Shown: positions 1-8,217 of the stretch, in pieces
How the letters are laid out: each line of letters opens with the position of its first letter
How positions within the stretch are numbered: the first letter of the stretch is position 1
Source of the DNA: Candidatus Binatia bacterium
GTDB lineage: Bacteria > Desulfobacterota > Binatia > HRBIN30
Direction: 5' to 3'
Assembly: GCA_038245295.1 (NCBI GenBank)
Contig: JBBRSP010000002.1
Coordinates: 256,001 to 320,000 of the forward strand
DNA: 64,000 nt
Program-made: the position numbers and the translations under genes
Notes under the pieces: model-generated
What the model was told of the DNA's origin: nothing
The model's input: only the letters and a program-made list of their open reading frames with translations
Databases searched by the model: none

Positions 1-86
1 TGAAGATGAGCCAACAATGGACCCACCACGAACAATCCCAACGCAAGTGTTGCCAAACGTCCGGCCCAACCGCTGGCGCGTCCCAT
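1..86 (-). CDS. Partial CDS (5' end only, runs off the window); membrane protein, possibly DUF1499-like
   Basis: GGAGG RBS then ATG at 86; reads MGRASGWAGRLATLALGLFVVGPLLAHL, a hydrophobic N-terminus. Confidence 0.5.
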   Translation of the reverse strand, partial: MGRASGWAGRLATLALGLFVVGPLLAHL

Positions 87-316
87 ATTTGTTTCCTCCC
101 TTGGTATTCCCAGGCGTGGCTACTCGCTGCAGGCATGAGAGTCAAACCTTCCGACGTCGCATCGCCAAGAAAAGCGTCATTGATCGTTGCCAAGGCCCCT
201 CGGGTGCGGCTATTTACAAGGGGACAGCCTCTGATCCCTGGTGCGGGGTGGATGGAAATCGAGGTCGGGAAGTGGGGTAGGTAGCACTACACTCATTCTT
301 TCGGCGGCTGCGATGA

Positions 317-787
317 ATGAATCGACAGCATAAGCACCAAGTAGAAAGAGCCAATGTGGCGCAAAAACTCCGAAGTCTCGGATTCGAGGTCGAGGAGGTG
401 CCGCGCAATGGCAAGTTCGACCTGCTCGTCGACGGCCAGTTGCGCGTCGCGTTACGTGTTGCCTTTCCGGGGCGTTACGCCCACACGGTGACGGTCAACG
501 GCCGTCGCTACGCCTACGATTACAAGAGCTGGAATTTCAATTTCCACCGCCATGGTCGGTGGGAGAAAGCCTACTGCGATGTCTTTGTTTGCATCGCCAA
601 ACAACGGCGCGCCGATGATGAGGTCTTCCTCATCCCCGCCTCAGCGGTCTCCGGGCCGACCTTCAGTCTGCACGGTGCGGGCAAACCGTATCGTGGTCGC
701 TACGCCGCGTTCCGCAATCGGTGGAGTGTCTTTGCCGCGCTCTTACGTGCCCGAGCCGAGCATCCTGACGTTGCACAGGTCGCCTGA
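317..787 (+). CDS. Hypothetical protein with PD-(D/E)XK nuclease-like fold
   Basis: 156 aa; helix E..VAQKL, GFEV, FDLLV strand, later CDVFVCI...VFLIP, resembling small PD-(D/E)XK endonucleases; no (D/E)xK motif visible. Confidence 0.55.
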   Translation: MNRQHKHQVERANVAQKLRSLGFEVEEVPRNGKFDLLVDGQLRVALRVAFPGRYAHTVTVNGRRYAYDYKSWNFNFHRHGRWEKAYCDVFVCIAKQRRADDEVFLIPASAVSGPTFSLHGAGKPYRGRYAAFRNRWSVFAALLRARAEHPDVAQVA

Positions 788-827
788 GAAGTCTCGATAC
801 GTCGGCCGATGCCGGCTCCGCTTCAAA

Positions 828-1313
828 TCAATCGCGAAAGTTGATGAACTGCAGCGGCAGCTCGAATTCGATGCCGCGCAGGAATTGAATCGCTTCCTGT
901 AAGTCGTCGCGTTTCTTGCCCGTGACACGCACCTGGTCGGCCTGAATCTGCGCCTGGACCTTGAGCTTGGTTTCCTTGAGCCGCTTCACCAGATCCTTGG
1001 CGCGATCGGTATCGATACCGTTCTGGATCGTGATGATCTGGCGCGCCAGACTGCCACCTGCCGGTAGGATGTCGCCATACTTGAGTGACTTAAGCGACAG
1101 ACCGCGGCGCACGAACTTCGACTGCAGGACGTCGACGACGGCGGTTACCTTGTAGTCGTCGTCCGACGTGATGGTGATGGTATCCTTGTCGTCGACGATC
1201 TCGGTCTTGGTGCCCTTGAAGTCGTAACGCTGTACGATCTCCTTGCGCGTCTGATTCAGGGCGTTGTCGACTTCCTGCGGGTCAACTTTGGAAACAATAT
1301 CGAAGGAAGGCAT
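828..1313 (-). CDS. yajQ: YajQ family nucleotide/c-di-GMP-binding protein
   Basis: [11 protein letters not shown]...RYDFKG...[11 protein letters not shown]...LQFINFRD; start reset to ATG 1313 after GAGGAG. Confidence 0.95.
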   Translation of the reverse strand: MPSFDIVSKVDPQEVDNALNQTRKEIVQRYDFKGTKTEIVDDKDTITITSDDDYKVTAVVDVLQSKFVRRGLSLKSLKYGDILPAGGSLARQIITIQNGIDTDRAKDLVKRLKETKLKVQAQIQADQVRVTGKKRDDLQEAIQFLRGIEFELPLQFINFRD

Positions 1314-1320
1314 ACGCTCC

Positions 1321-1989
1321 TCACTTGGTGGCGCTCGGAGCGTCGAGCACGTCGACTCCCGGCGGAACGTTGAACACGAAGTGATCATCCGGCAAGCCGA
1401 GGTTGCGGCGCAGATTGGTCAGGCGAAAGCTGCTGAGATTACCCAGCGGGTCCTCGACCTCGGCGGCGCGCAGATCAAACGTATCTGGGCTCACCGACAG
1501 CTTCAGTTGCTTCAAGTCGGCGCCCGGCTTCTTCGGGGTCAGCAGCAAACGGATTTCTTCGGGGCTTTCGCTGTCGAGCTTTGCGGTGAAGTCGTCGGCG
1601 ATTCGCCCGACCCCGACCAGGAAAGAGATCGGCGTCCGCGAATTGAAAGCGTTGTCGAACGGCATACGCACGACCTGCTGGTCCTCGGCTCGATAGAGCC
1701 ACAGCATCTTGCCGTCGGCGACGATGGTTTGGGCGTCACCTTCGGTAAGCTCCCAGCGCATGCGGCCGGGTTTCTTGAACTCGACGGTGCCCTTGGCGGT
1801 CACCGTCTTGTTGAGGCTTTTGATCGTGGCAGATTGTATCACGTCGGCCTGGAAATCAGTCGTCGCATCGTAGCGCGCCTGCACCTGGCGAACGATTTTG
1901 TCGACCTTCGACGCGGCGGCATGGGCCGGCGCACTCGCCGACACCACCATCAAGAACAGCGCAATGAGATTTGGTTTCACGGCGCTCAA
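1321..1989 (-). CDS. lolA: Outer-membrane lipoprotein carrier protein LolA
   Basis: Signal peptide; [25 protein letters not shown] and C-terminal F.F..P.GVDV motifs. Confidence 0.85.
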   Translation of the reverse strand: MSAVKPNLIALFLMVVSASAPAHAAASKVDKIVRQVQARYDATTDFQADVIQSATIKSLNKTVTAKGTVEFKKPGRMRWELTEGDAQTIVADGKMLWLYRAEDQQVVRMPFDNAFNSRTPISFLVGVGRIADDFTAKLDSESPEEIRLLLTPKKPGADLKQLKLSVSPDTFDLRAAEVEDPLGNLSSFRLTNLRRNLGLPDDHFVFNVPPGVDVLDAPSATK

Positions 1990-2032
1990 ACTAGCGCGAA
2001 CCTATCGCCGTCTCTATGCCTCGCCGTCGCAA

Positions 2033-3025
2033 CTAGAATTCGATGACCGCATCCGGGGAGCCATCGAGCCGCACGGTGTCGACGAAACGGATCGTGTGCT
2101 CGCGCAGATCCATGACCAGCGACGAACTGCGTGCGCCGTGACCGAAGAAGCGTACACCGCGCAAAAGTGCGCCGTCGGTGACTCCCGTCGCGGCAAAGAG
2201 GATCTCGGGGCCGGGGGCGAGATCGCGTTCCGAGTAGGTCCGATTCGGATCCTTGATACCCATCTCCTTGAGGCGTTCCTCGAACTTCTTGCGTTCTTCC
2301 TCGCCGGTCTTGAACGGAACCAGGCGCCCTTCCATGCCGCCGTTGAGACAACGCAGGGCGGCCGCGGCGAGAACACCTTCGGGGGCACCGCCGATTCCCA
2401 TGACGGCGTGCACGTTGGTGCGGCGCACGGCGGCGGAGATACCGGCGGAGAGATCACCATCGCTGATCAAGCGGATGCGCGCGCCGGCGCTACGGATATC
2501 TTCGATCAGCTTCTCGTGGCGTTCGCGTTCGAGAACGATGACGACGAGATCCTTGATGCCGCGGTTCAAGCGTTTGGCGATCGCGGTCAAGTTTTCCTTG
2601 ACGGTTGCGTCGAGGTGTACGGCGCCTTTGGCCGCCGGTCCGACACAGATCTTTTCCATGTAGCAATCGGGAGCGTGCAGCAGTCCGCCGCGGTTTGACG
2701 CGGCCAACACGGCGATCGCACCGGGCGACCCGGTGGCGCACAAGTTGGTTCCTTCCAGGGGATCGACGGCGATGTCGACCTCGATGTCGCTCTCGCCTTG
2801 GCGGCCGACCTTCTCGCCGATGAACAGCATCGGTGCTTCGTCACGTTCACCTTCGCCGATGACGACGGTGCCGCGCATCGGCAGGCTATCCATCGAGTGG
2901 CGCATCGCTTCAACGGCGACGCGGTCCGACCCTTTACGCTCGCCCTGACCCATGGTGCGCGCGGCGGCGATCCCGGCATCTTCCGCAACGCGTAGAAACT
3001 CCCGTGAAAGGCTCTCAAACGACAT
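2033..3025 (-). CDS. glpX: Class II fructose-1,6-bisphosphatase
   Basis: [49 protein letters not shown]; start reset to MSFESL. Confidence 0.95.
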   Translation of the reverse strand: MSFESLSREFLRVAEDAGIAAARTMGQGERKGSDRVAVEAMRHSMDSLPMRGTVVIGEGERDEAPMLFIGEKVGRQGESDIEVDIAVDPLEGTNLCATGSPGAIAVLAASNRGGLLHAPDCYMEKICVGPAAKGAVHLDATVKENLTAIAKRLNRGIKDLVVIVLERERHEKLIEDIRSAGARIRLISDGDLSAGISAAVRRTNVHAVMGIGGAPEGVLAAAALRCLNGGMEGRLVPFKTGEEERKKFEERLKEMGIKDPNRTYSERDLAPGPEILFAATGVTDGALLRGVRFFGHGARSSSLVMDLREHTIRFVDTVRLDGSPDAVIEF

Positions 3026-3116
3026 CGACGACTCCCCGGTTACCAAGATTGAAACGATGTTGTTGACACATTCCGTACATACGAGCAACGCGGGGGAGGA
3101 GAGTGCGTCGCTACGA

Positions 3117-3155
3117 GGGCAAGGGCAACGGCAAGGGCCCGGGCAAGTGCCCGGC
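3117..3155. repeat. GGGCAA/GGGCAC hexamer tandem repeat, copy 1
   Basis: gggcaagggcaacggcaagggcccgggcaagtgccc; same unit at 26742 and 44574. Confidence 0.7.
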
Positions 3156-3235
3156 CAATCCGTCTCACATGTTTGGACCCAAACTTCTTGCCCTTGCCGC
3201 TGCCCAGCCGTTGCTCCTGCCCGGCCCAACGGATT

Positions 3236-4816
3236 CTAAGCCGCGGCGGCGACAGCGGTCGCCTTCAGGCCATCGAGGTTATCGCGCAAGACGGCGAGTT
3301 GTTGCTCGATGTCGCCCTGCAGTTTCTCGGCCCGGGTGCGAATTTTTTCGCCGTGCGAACGGATCGTTCCGGCCATGGTGACGATCTCGGCCAGCGATTC
3401 GGCGGCGCGGGCGATGCGCCGCGCCACGTCTTCGATGGCGGCAAACTCGGCTTGGGCCCGATCTTGTTGTGCCCGCTCGCGGATGACGAGGGCGCGCGCC
3501 AACGAAAGGGCAGCTTGGAGCAAGACGTCGCTGGCGGTATCGTCGCGATCCCACACGACCAGGATGTCAGGCCCGAAGCGAACCAGGGGTTCCATGTCTT
3601 CGCTGGCGGAGGTCTTGGAAAGAACCACGATGCCGACTTGTGCGTCGCGGTTCTCGCGCGCCTCGGCAACTTCGTCGAGGAGTTTGCGCAGGTTGAACGA
3701 GCGATCGTCCTTTGCCTCGATGACGATGCGTGTTTCGGGGGCCGCACTCTCGGCACCGAGTGTCAGAACGAAGTCGCCGACTTTACAGCGCGGTGTGCGG
3801 CCGACGATTGTCCCCACGGGTTCCAGCAGGTCGCCGCTGTGACGCAATTGTTCGGTGAGCACAATGCCGAGGGCGGCCTCGAATTCGATGCCATGCCGTG
3901 TCGAGCGGGCCGCTTCGGCGCGGCGGACCTGCACCGCTTCGAGTGTGCTCTTGACCTCCAGGTGGAACATCTCGTTGGCCTTGGTCAGGCTACCGATGAC
4001 GTCGAGCAGCTCACGGCGCAGCAAGGCAAGGGGCGATGTCTCGACGTCCAAGGTCAAATTGGCACGCACTTGGGATGTCGTCTCGTCGACGCGACGCACC
4101 AGGCGGGACAACGCCCCGTCCTCGTGATCGAGCGAAAATTCCTTGCGCACGACGTCCATGTCGCGCGCCAACTCGTCGCGCAGCAGGCCGTTGCTGCCGG
4201 TGATCTCGGCGACCAGACGCGACAACGCCGAGGCTTTGTCGTCGAGGCTGAACTGATGCAGCAGGTGCTCGCGTTGCGTCTGCAGCGCCGCTTCGATCAA
4301 CTGACGGACCGACGCCAGAAAGCCGTCACTTTGGCCAGGCGACAGTTGCTTGAACAGCGGGCTCGACTCGCCCACCAAGCTCGAGAGTGTGCGTGAGAGC
4401 GCCGATGTTTCACCGTCGAGGTAACGTCCGAGGACCTGCTCGAGATCGCCGTCCTTGCGTACCAGGCGGTCGAGGCGCTGTGGCAAGTCGCCGGTGTGCG
4501 GATCGAAGTATTGCCCGATTGCGCCGGCGAGCTTTCCCGTCAGGGTGCCCGAGTGGTCGGTCAGAAGTTGGCGCACCTCGGCGACGAGGCGCTCTCCTTC
4601 ATGACGGATACGTTCGGCGTCGACGCTGCCGGCGGCCTGGCGCAAGGCGAGCACGCCGAGCCGCAGGGCCGCCAGCGCAAACTGTTCGCGCGGCATGCCC
4701 TGGTCGTGTCGCTGCAACTCGAGCAGTACCTCCGGGTCGATGACGTGCAGGGCAAGCTCGAGCCCTTCTCCCTGCGCCCGTGGCTCAGCAACGATCGCCG
4801 TCGCAGCGTTTCCCAT
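3236..4816 (-). CDS. Coiled-coil protein with C-terminal restriction-endonuclease-like domain (RmuC/DUF2130-like)
   Basis: Long heptad-rich region, then GIEFE...VGD...IVIEAK PD-(D/E)xK pattern; GGAGGAGG RBS before ATG 4816. Confidence 0.7.
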   Translation of the reverse strand: MGNAATAIVAEPRAQGEGLELALHVIDPEVLLELQRHDQGMPREQFALAALRLGVLALRQAAGSVDAERIRHEGERLVAEVRQLLTDHSGTLTGKLAGAIGQYFDPHTGDLPQRLDRLVRKDGDLEQVLGRYLDGETSALSRTLSSLVGESSPLFKQLSPGQSDGFLASVRQLIEAALQTQREHLLHQFSLDDKASALSRLVAEITGSNGLLRDELARDMDVVRKEFSLDHEDGALSRLVRRVDETTSQVRANLTLDVETSPLALLRRELLDVIGSLTKANEMFHLEVKSTLEAVQVRRAEAARSTRHGIEFEAALGIVLTEQLRHSGDLLEPVGTIVGRTPRCKVGDFVLTLGAESAAPETRIVIEAKDDRSFNLRKLLDEVAEARENRDAQVGIVVLSKTSASEDMEPLVRFGPDILVVWDRDDTASDVLLQAALSLARALVIRERAQQDRAQAEFAAIEDVARRIARAAESLAEIVTMAGTIRSHGEKIRTRAEKLQGDIEQQLAVLRDNLDGLKATAVAAAA

Positions 4817-4866
4817 CTCGTCCTCCTCCACCCCGGCGACCGCCCGCGCGGCCTCTCAAACAAACA

Positions 4867-5865
4867 TCAGTTGCGTGGTTTAGTGTTGCTATTGAACTGC
4901 GCTTGGATTTCGCTCGTCGATAAGGTGCGGTTCAGGATCTGGACCCCAGAGACCTCGCTATTCGCACCGGGAACCCCGTTGGCGTTCTGGGTGCCAATGT
5001 ACACTTTAGTCTCATCCTGAAAGTCCGGCGGCTTTGGGAACGACTCTTGGGAGATCAGCTTGCCGTCGCCGTAGAGATAGTATCGGCCATTGTTCCAGGT
5101 GCCCGTGACCTGGTGCCACTCGCCGTCCTTCCAGTCACCGATGTTGAATCCCAGACCGCGTTCTTTGCCGTCGGGATCGATGTATTGGAAGCGCATGAAG
5201 TTGACGTTCTTGACCATGTGCATGCCGCTGTCGCCGAGCTCGACGAAGCTCGCATCTTCCTGGTTGGCCTCACCCCACTGCGGTTTGACCCACAAGGAAA
5301 CGGTGCCGTTGGGTCCGCCAATCTTGCCTGTGTCGGGTACCTCGCTGCGGCTGACCGTACTGAATCGCTTGTCGACGCCACTGTCGTAGGCGACCTCCGG
5401 CAAGGGTTGTGCGGGCGCTGCCGGCGCGCTGCCGGCTTGGCCGTCGGTCGGTTCCTCCCCTACGGGTGGTTTGTTTTTCGGTGCAAGCCGTCCGCCGCCC
5501 TGATCGCCGGCCGCGAGCACATCGGATGGTGCGGCCTGTTCTTCGACGATTGGCTGTCCGCCAGCGACGGTACTGCCTGCCGCGCCGGGCCCGGGAGGAT
5601 GAACGGGCTGCAAGCGGCCGCTCTTGTCGCCGGCGGCGCTTGCCGTTGAGCTACCGCTGGCCCCTGCCTTCGCATGTCCGCCTGAGTCGGTGTCGCCGCC
5701 CATACTGTTGCCGGTGTCACGGGCGTGGAATCCAGAATCACCCTGGCCGCGGCCGCTGGCACCAGGTGCCGTGTTGGCACCGTGCTCGTTCGAACCTCCG
5801 AAAAGTACCCAGGCACCGCCGAGAGCGATGGCGCCCGCAACCCCAAAAATGACCGCACGATTCAT
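4867..5865 (-). CDS. Membrane-anchored protein with LamG/concanavalin A-like jelly-roll domain
   Basis: N-terminal TM helix, Gly/Ala/Pro linker, then GTVSLWVKP...GEWHQVTGTW...LYGDGKL...YIG...NRTLSTSEI. Confidence 0.8.
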   Translation of the reverse strand: MNRAVIFGVAGAIALGGAWVLFGGSNEHGANTAPGASGRGQGDSGFHARDTGNSMGGDTDSGGHAKAGASGSSTASAAGDKSGRLQPVHPPGPGAAGSTVAGGQPIVEEQAAPSDVLAAGDQGGGRLAPKNKPPVGEEPTDGQAGSAPAAPAQPLPEVAYDSGVDKRFSTVSRSEVPDTGKIGGPNGTVSLWVKPQWGEANQEDASFVELGDSGMHMVKNVNFMRFQYIDPDGKERGLGFNIGDWKDGEWHQVTGTWNNGRYYLYGDGKLISQESFPKPPDFQDETKVYIGTQNANGVPGANSEVSGVQILNRTLSTSEIQAQFNSNTKPRN

Positions 5866-6014
5866 AATGGCGTAATCTGCGGGGGTCGCTTGCCGAAGTC
5901 AACTGATTCAACGTTGCCGATGGGGCGACGTCGGTGTGCTTATGTAACAAACGTTCCAGAATCTTTGTCGGCGCGCGAAGATTTTCTCGGTGCCGTATTT
6001 TGCCACCCTGACCT

Positions 6015-6205
6015 GTCATACCGGCGAAAGAGTGTGTCGATTTACTCGGAAACCAAATTTGAAACCGAGCAGACCTTTCCATCATACAGGCGAAAGCCGG
6101 TCTCTCGCCAGCTTTCGAGGCTTCCAGCAGGGGGAGATCCCGGTTTTCACCGGGATGACGTTGCTCCACTTTGGTTTTACGACAGTCTCGAAAGCCGGGA
6201 TCTCC
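6015..6205. repeat. GTCAT-type REP-like palindrome cluster
   Basis: gtcataccggcgaaa (6015), atcatacaggcgaaagccgg (6081), inverted partner gatcccggttttcaccgggatgac (6136-6159), gaaagccgggatctcc (6190). Confidence 0.75.
6030..6189. mobile_element. Putative 160-bp non-autonomous MITE-like insertion
   Basis: Ends GAGTGTGTCG / CGACAGTCTC form an 8/10 inverted match; flanked by GAAA direct repeats (6026-6029, 6190-6193); excision restores hairpin CCGGC-GAAA-GCCGG. Confidence 0.55.
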
Positions 6206-6408
6206 TCGATTGGAAACTGCGCCACCTGCTGATTTCCTATCGACCAACTAGTCGTTGAGGCATGTGTCCTGCTGATTGGCCCCGTACCGCCTCTGACGAA
6301 GGTGGAGGCAAGGACCAAGCGTTGGAATTTCGTCGCTCTGTCGATTCTCTACATCGGAGTTCCAAGCGCCGTGAAACACCAGGCTAAATAAATCCGTCGT
6401 AACCATGG

Positions 6409-6424
6409 TGGCGTTGATCTTGCC
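6409..6424 (+). promoter_or_regulatory. Candidate sigma-54 -24/-12 promoter
   Basis: TGGCGT-N5-TTGC with exact GG-N10-GC spacing, about 50 bp upstream of the CheA-like gene. Confidence 0.35.
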
Positions 6425-6474
6425 TCCCTAGGAGTTCACCCAAGGAGCGTAAGGGAAAACCCTTGTAACAAAAC

Positions 6475-8217
6475 ATGGACTATGCGGTTCTTGATAGTAC
6501 GCAGCGCTCGTTGCGCGACGAAGTCTTCGGACTGACCGCGCAGCTGCGTTGCAGACTTGCCGCATGGGATGAGGCGCCGCAGGCTGCTGCCACCCGCGAG
6601 CAACTTTTAAGCGCATCGGCGGCGTTGGCGGCCAGTAGCCGCCAGGCGCGCATCGCTCATCTGGATTCGTGGGCCGATCTTCTCAATCGATACGCTCAAC
6701 TCACCGGGCACGGCGCTATTTCTGGCGCAAACGCTGGGATTCGCACCGCACTCGGCTTGTTCGAATCGGTCCTTGAGCCCTGCCTGGAAGGCCTTACCCG
6801 CAGTCGGGTCGAGCGGGTGGATGCCGCCCTTCGGAGCTGCGTACCCGAAGAAGCGCATCGTTGGATCGACATCGAAGCCAGCACATTTCACAACTATATC
6901 GAAGAGTTGAGATCTCCTCCGGCGCCACCTGTCGTAGCGCCGCCAGTCCCGACGGTGCCTGCCGAAGCCGGTGCCACCGAAGAAGCCGACGAAGATGACG
7001 ACTTCTCGCGTGAGCTCCTGGCGGCTTTCCGCGAGGAGGTCACGGAGTGTCTGGAACGTTGCGACTCGTTGCTTGTCCGGCTCGAAAAAGCCGATGATCC
7101 GAGCGCCGAATTAACCTCGTTATTCCGTGAGTTTCACACCATGAAGGGGGCGGCGGCGGCCGTCGACCTGGCTGCTGCGGCTGCGCAGTTGCACGAGGGC
7201 GAATCATTATTGGAGTCGTTGCGTGACGGTGAGCTCAATGTTGAGCGCTCCGCCTTGGTCGACTTCCTCTTCCGTCTGCTCGATTCGGTAAAGGCGTTGA
7301 TCAATCAGAGTCTTGGCGAAGAAGTACCCGCCGGGGCGGTGATTGCTGATCTGCACGCCGAGCTCGCTCATCTACTGACGGATGATTCAGGTCGCCGCCC
7401 TGTCGCTGAGCCAGCCACTCTCCAACCTCAACCTGAGGCGATGCCCGACGCGCCCTCAATGGTCGTCGAGTCAGGCACGAGCCCTGCGGCCGACCAGGGG
7501 GCGCTCCTCGCCGACCTGCGTCGCAAGGCTACCGCCGGACAACTCGACCCGCAGCTTCTTGCCCTGATTGATGCTCTGGATGAGCGTGCCCGTCACTATT
7601 CCGAGGTAGCCGCTTCCCTGCAGGAGGAAGTCGAACACCTGCGCGCCGTCCCAGCTGAGGTTCTGCTGCGTCGCCTCGAACGCCCGGTGCGCGATGCCGC
7701 CCGGCAGGAAGGCAAGCTGGTAGAGCTCCACCTCTCGGGGGAGGATGTTCGTCTTCCCCGCTCGATCGCCGATCGCTTGGCCGGTCCGCTATTGCACCTC
7801 GTTCGCAATGCTGTTGCTCACGGTATCGAAGCTCCGGCGCTGCGCCAGGCAGCAGGCAAGCCGCGCGCCGGCAACATCGAGGTGTCGGTGCGGCTTGAGG
7901 GCACCGAGATCATCGTTTCTGTTGCTGACGACGGCGGAGGCCTCGATCTCAAGGCGATTCGCGCCAAGGCCGCGGCGCGCGGCTGGGTAGAGCCTGATCG
8001 CACCTTGGATGAGCACGTGTTTATCCCGTTCTTGTTTCGTCCCGGTTTTTCGACGCGCAACAGCGCCTCGGAGCTCGCGGGCCGCGGCGTCGGGCTCGAC
8101 GTTGTCGCCGCCGAGGTGGAAGCCCTGGAGGGCTGGATCGAGGTCAAGTCAGAGCCTGCCAAGGGCACACGTTTCACCATTTATCTGGCGCGTGACGGCG
8201 CAGGAGTGAAGCGATGA
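6475..8217 (+). CDS. CheA-like histidine kinase (Hpt + HATPase), no CheW domain
   Basis: LFREFHTMKGAA Hpt motif; HLVRNAVAHGIE, DDGGG, PGFST, GRGVGLDVV, GTRFTI boxes; protein ends right after the ATPase domain. Confidence 0.85.
   Translation: MDYAVLDSTQRSLRDEVFGLTAQLRCRLAAWDEAPQAAATREQLLSASAALAASSRQARIAHLDSWADLLNRYAQLTGHGAISGANAGIRTALGLFESVLEPCLEGLTRSRVERVDAALRSCVPEEAHRWIDIEASTFHNYIEELRSPPAPPVVAPPVPTVPAEAGATEEADEDDDFSRELLAAFREEVTECLERCDSLLVRLEKADDPSAELTSLFREFHTMKGAAAAVDLAAAAAQLHEGESLLESLRDGELNVERSALVDFLFRLLDSVKALINQSLGEEVPAGAVIADLHAELAHLLTDDSGRRPVAEPATLQPQPEAMPDAPSMVVESGTSPAADQGALLADLRRKATAGQLDPQLLALIDALDERARHYSEVAASLQEEVEHLRAVPAEVLLRRLERPVRDAARQEGKLVELHLSGEDVRLPRSIADRLAGPLLHLVRNAVAHGIEAPALRQAAGKPRAGNIEVSVRLEGTEIIVSVADDGGGLDLKAIRAKAAARGWVEPDRTLDEHVFIPFLFRPGFSTRNSASELAGRGVGLDVVAAEVEALEGWIEVKSEPAKGTRFTIYLARDGAGVKR

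Noticed and set aside
3026..3229. Cys-rich N-terminal extension of GlpX ([10 protein letters not shown]) in the ORF track
   Set aside because: It is the translation of the GGGCAA hexamer repeat; the family N-terminus and RBS point to ATG 3025.
3173..4396. Long antisense ORFs (also 17768-18919, 43516-44511, 51430-52320, 35307-36170 and others)
   Set aside because: They are shadows of well-supported genes on the opposite strand, expected at high GC, and carry no motifs.
5725..6318. Several overlapping ORFs in the spacer before the CheA-like gene
   Set aside because: They run through the REP/MITE palindromes and show no protein-like features.
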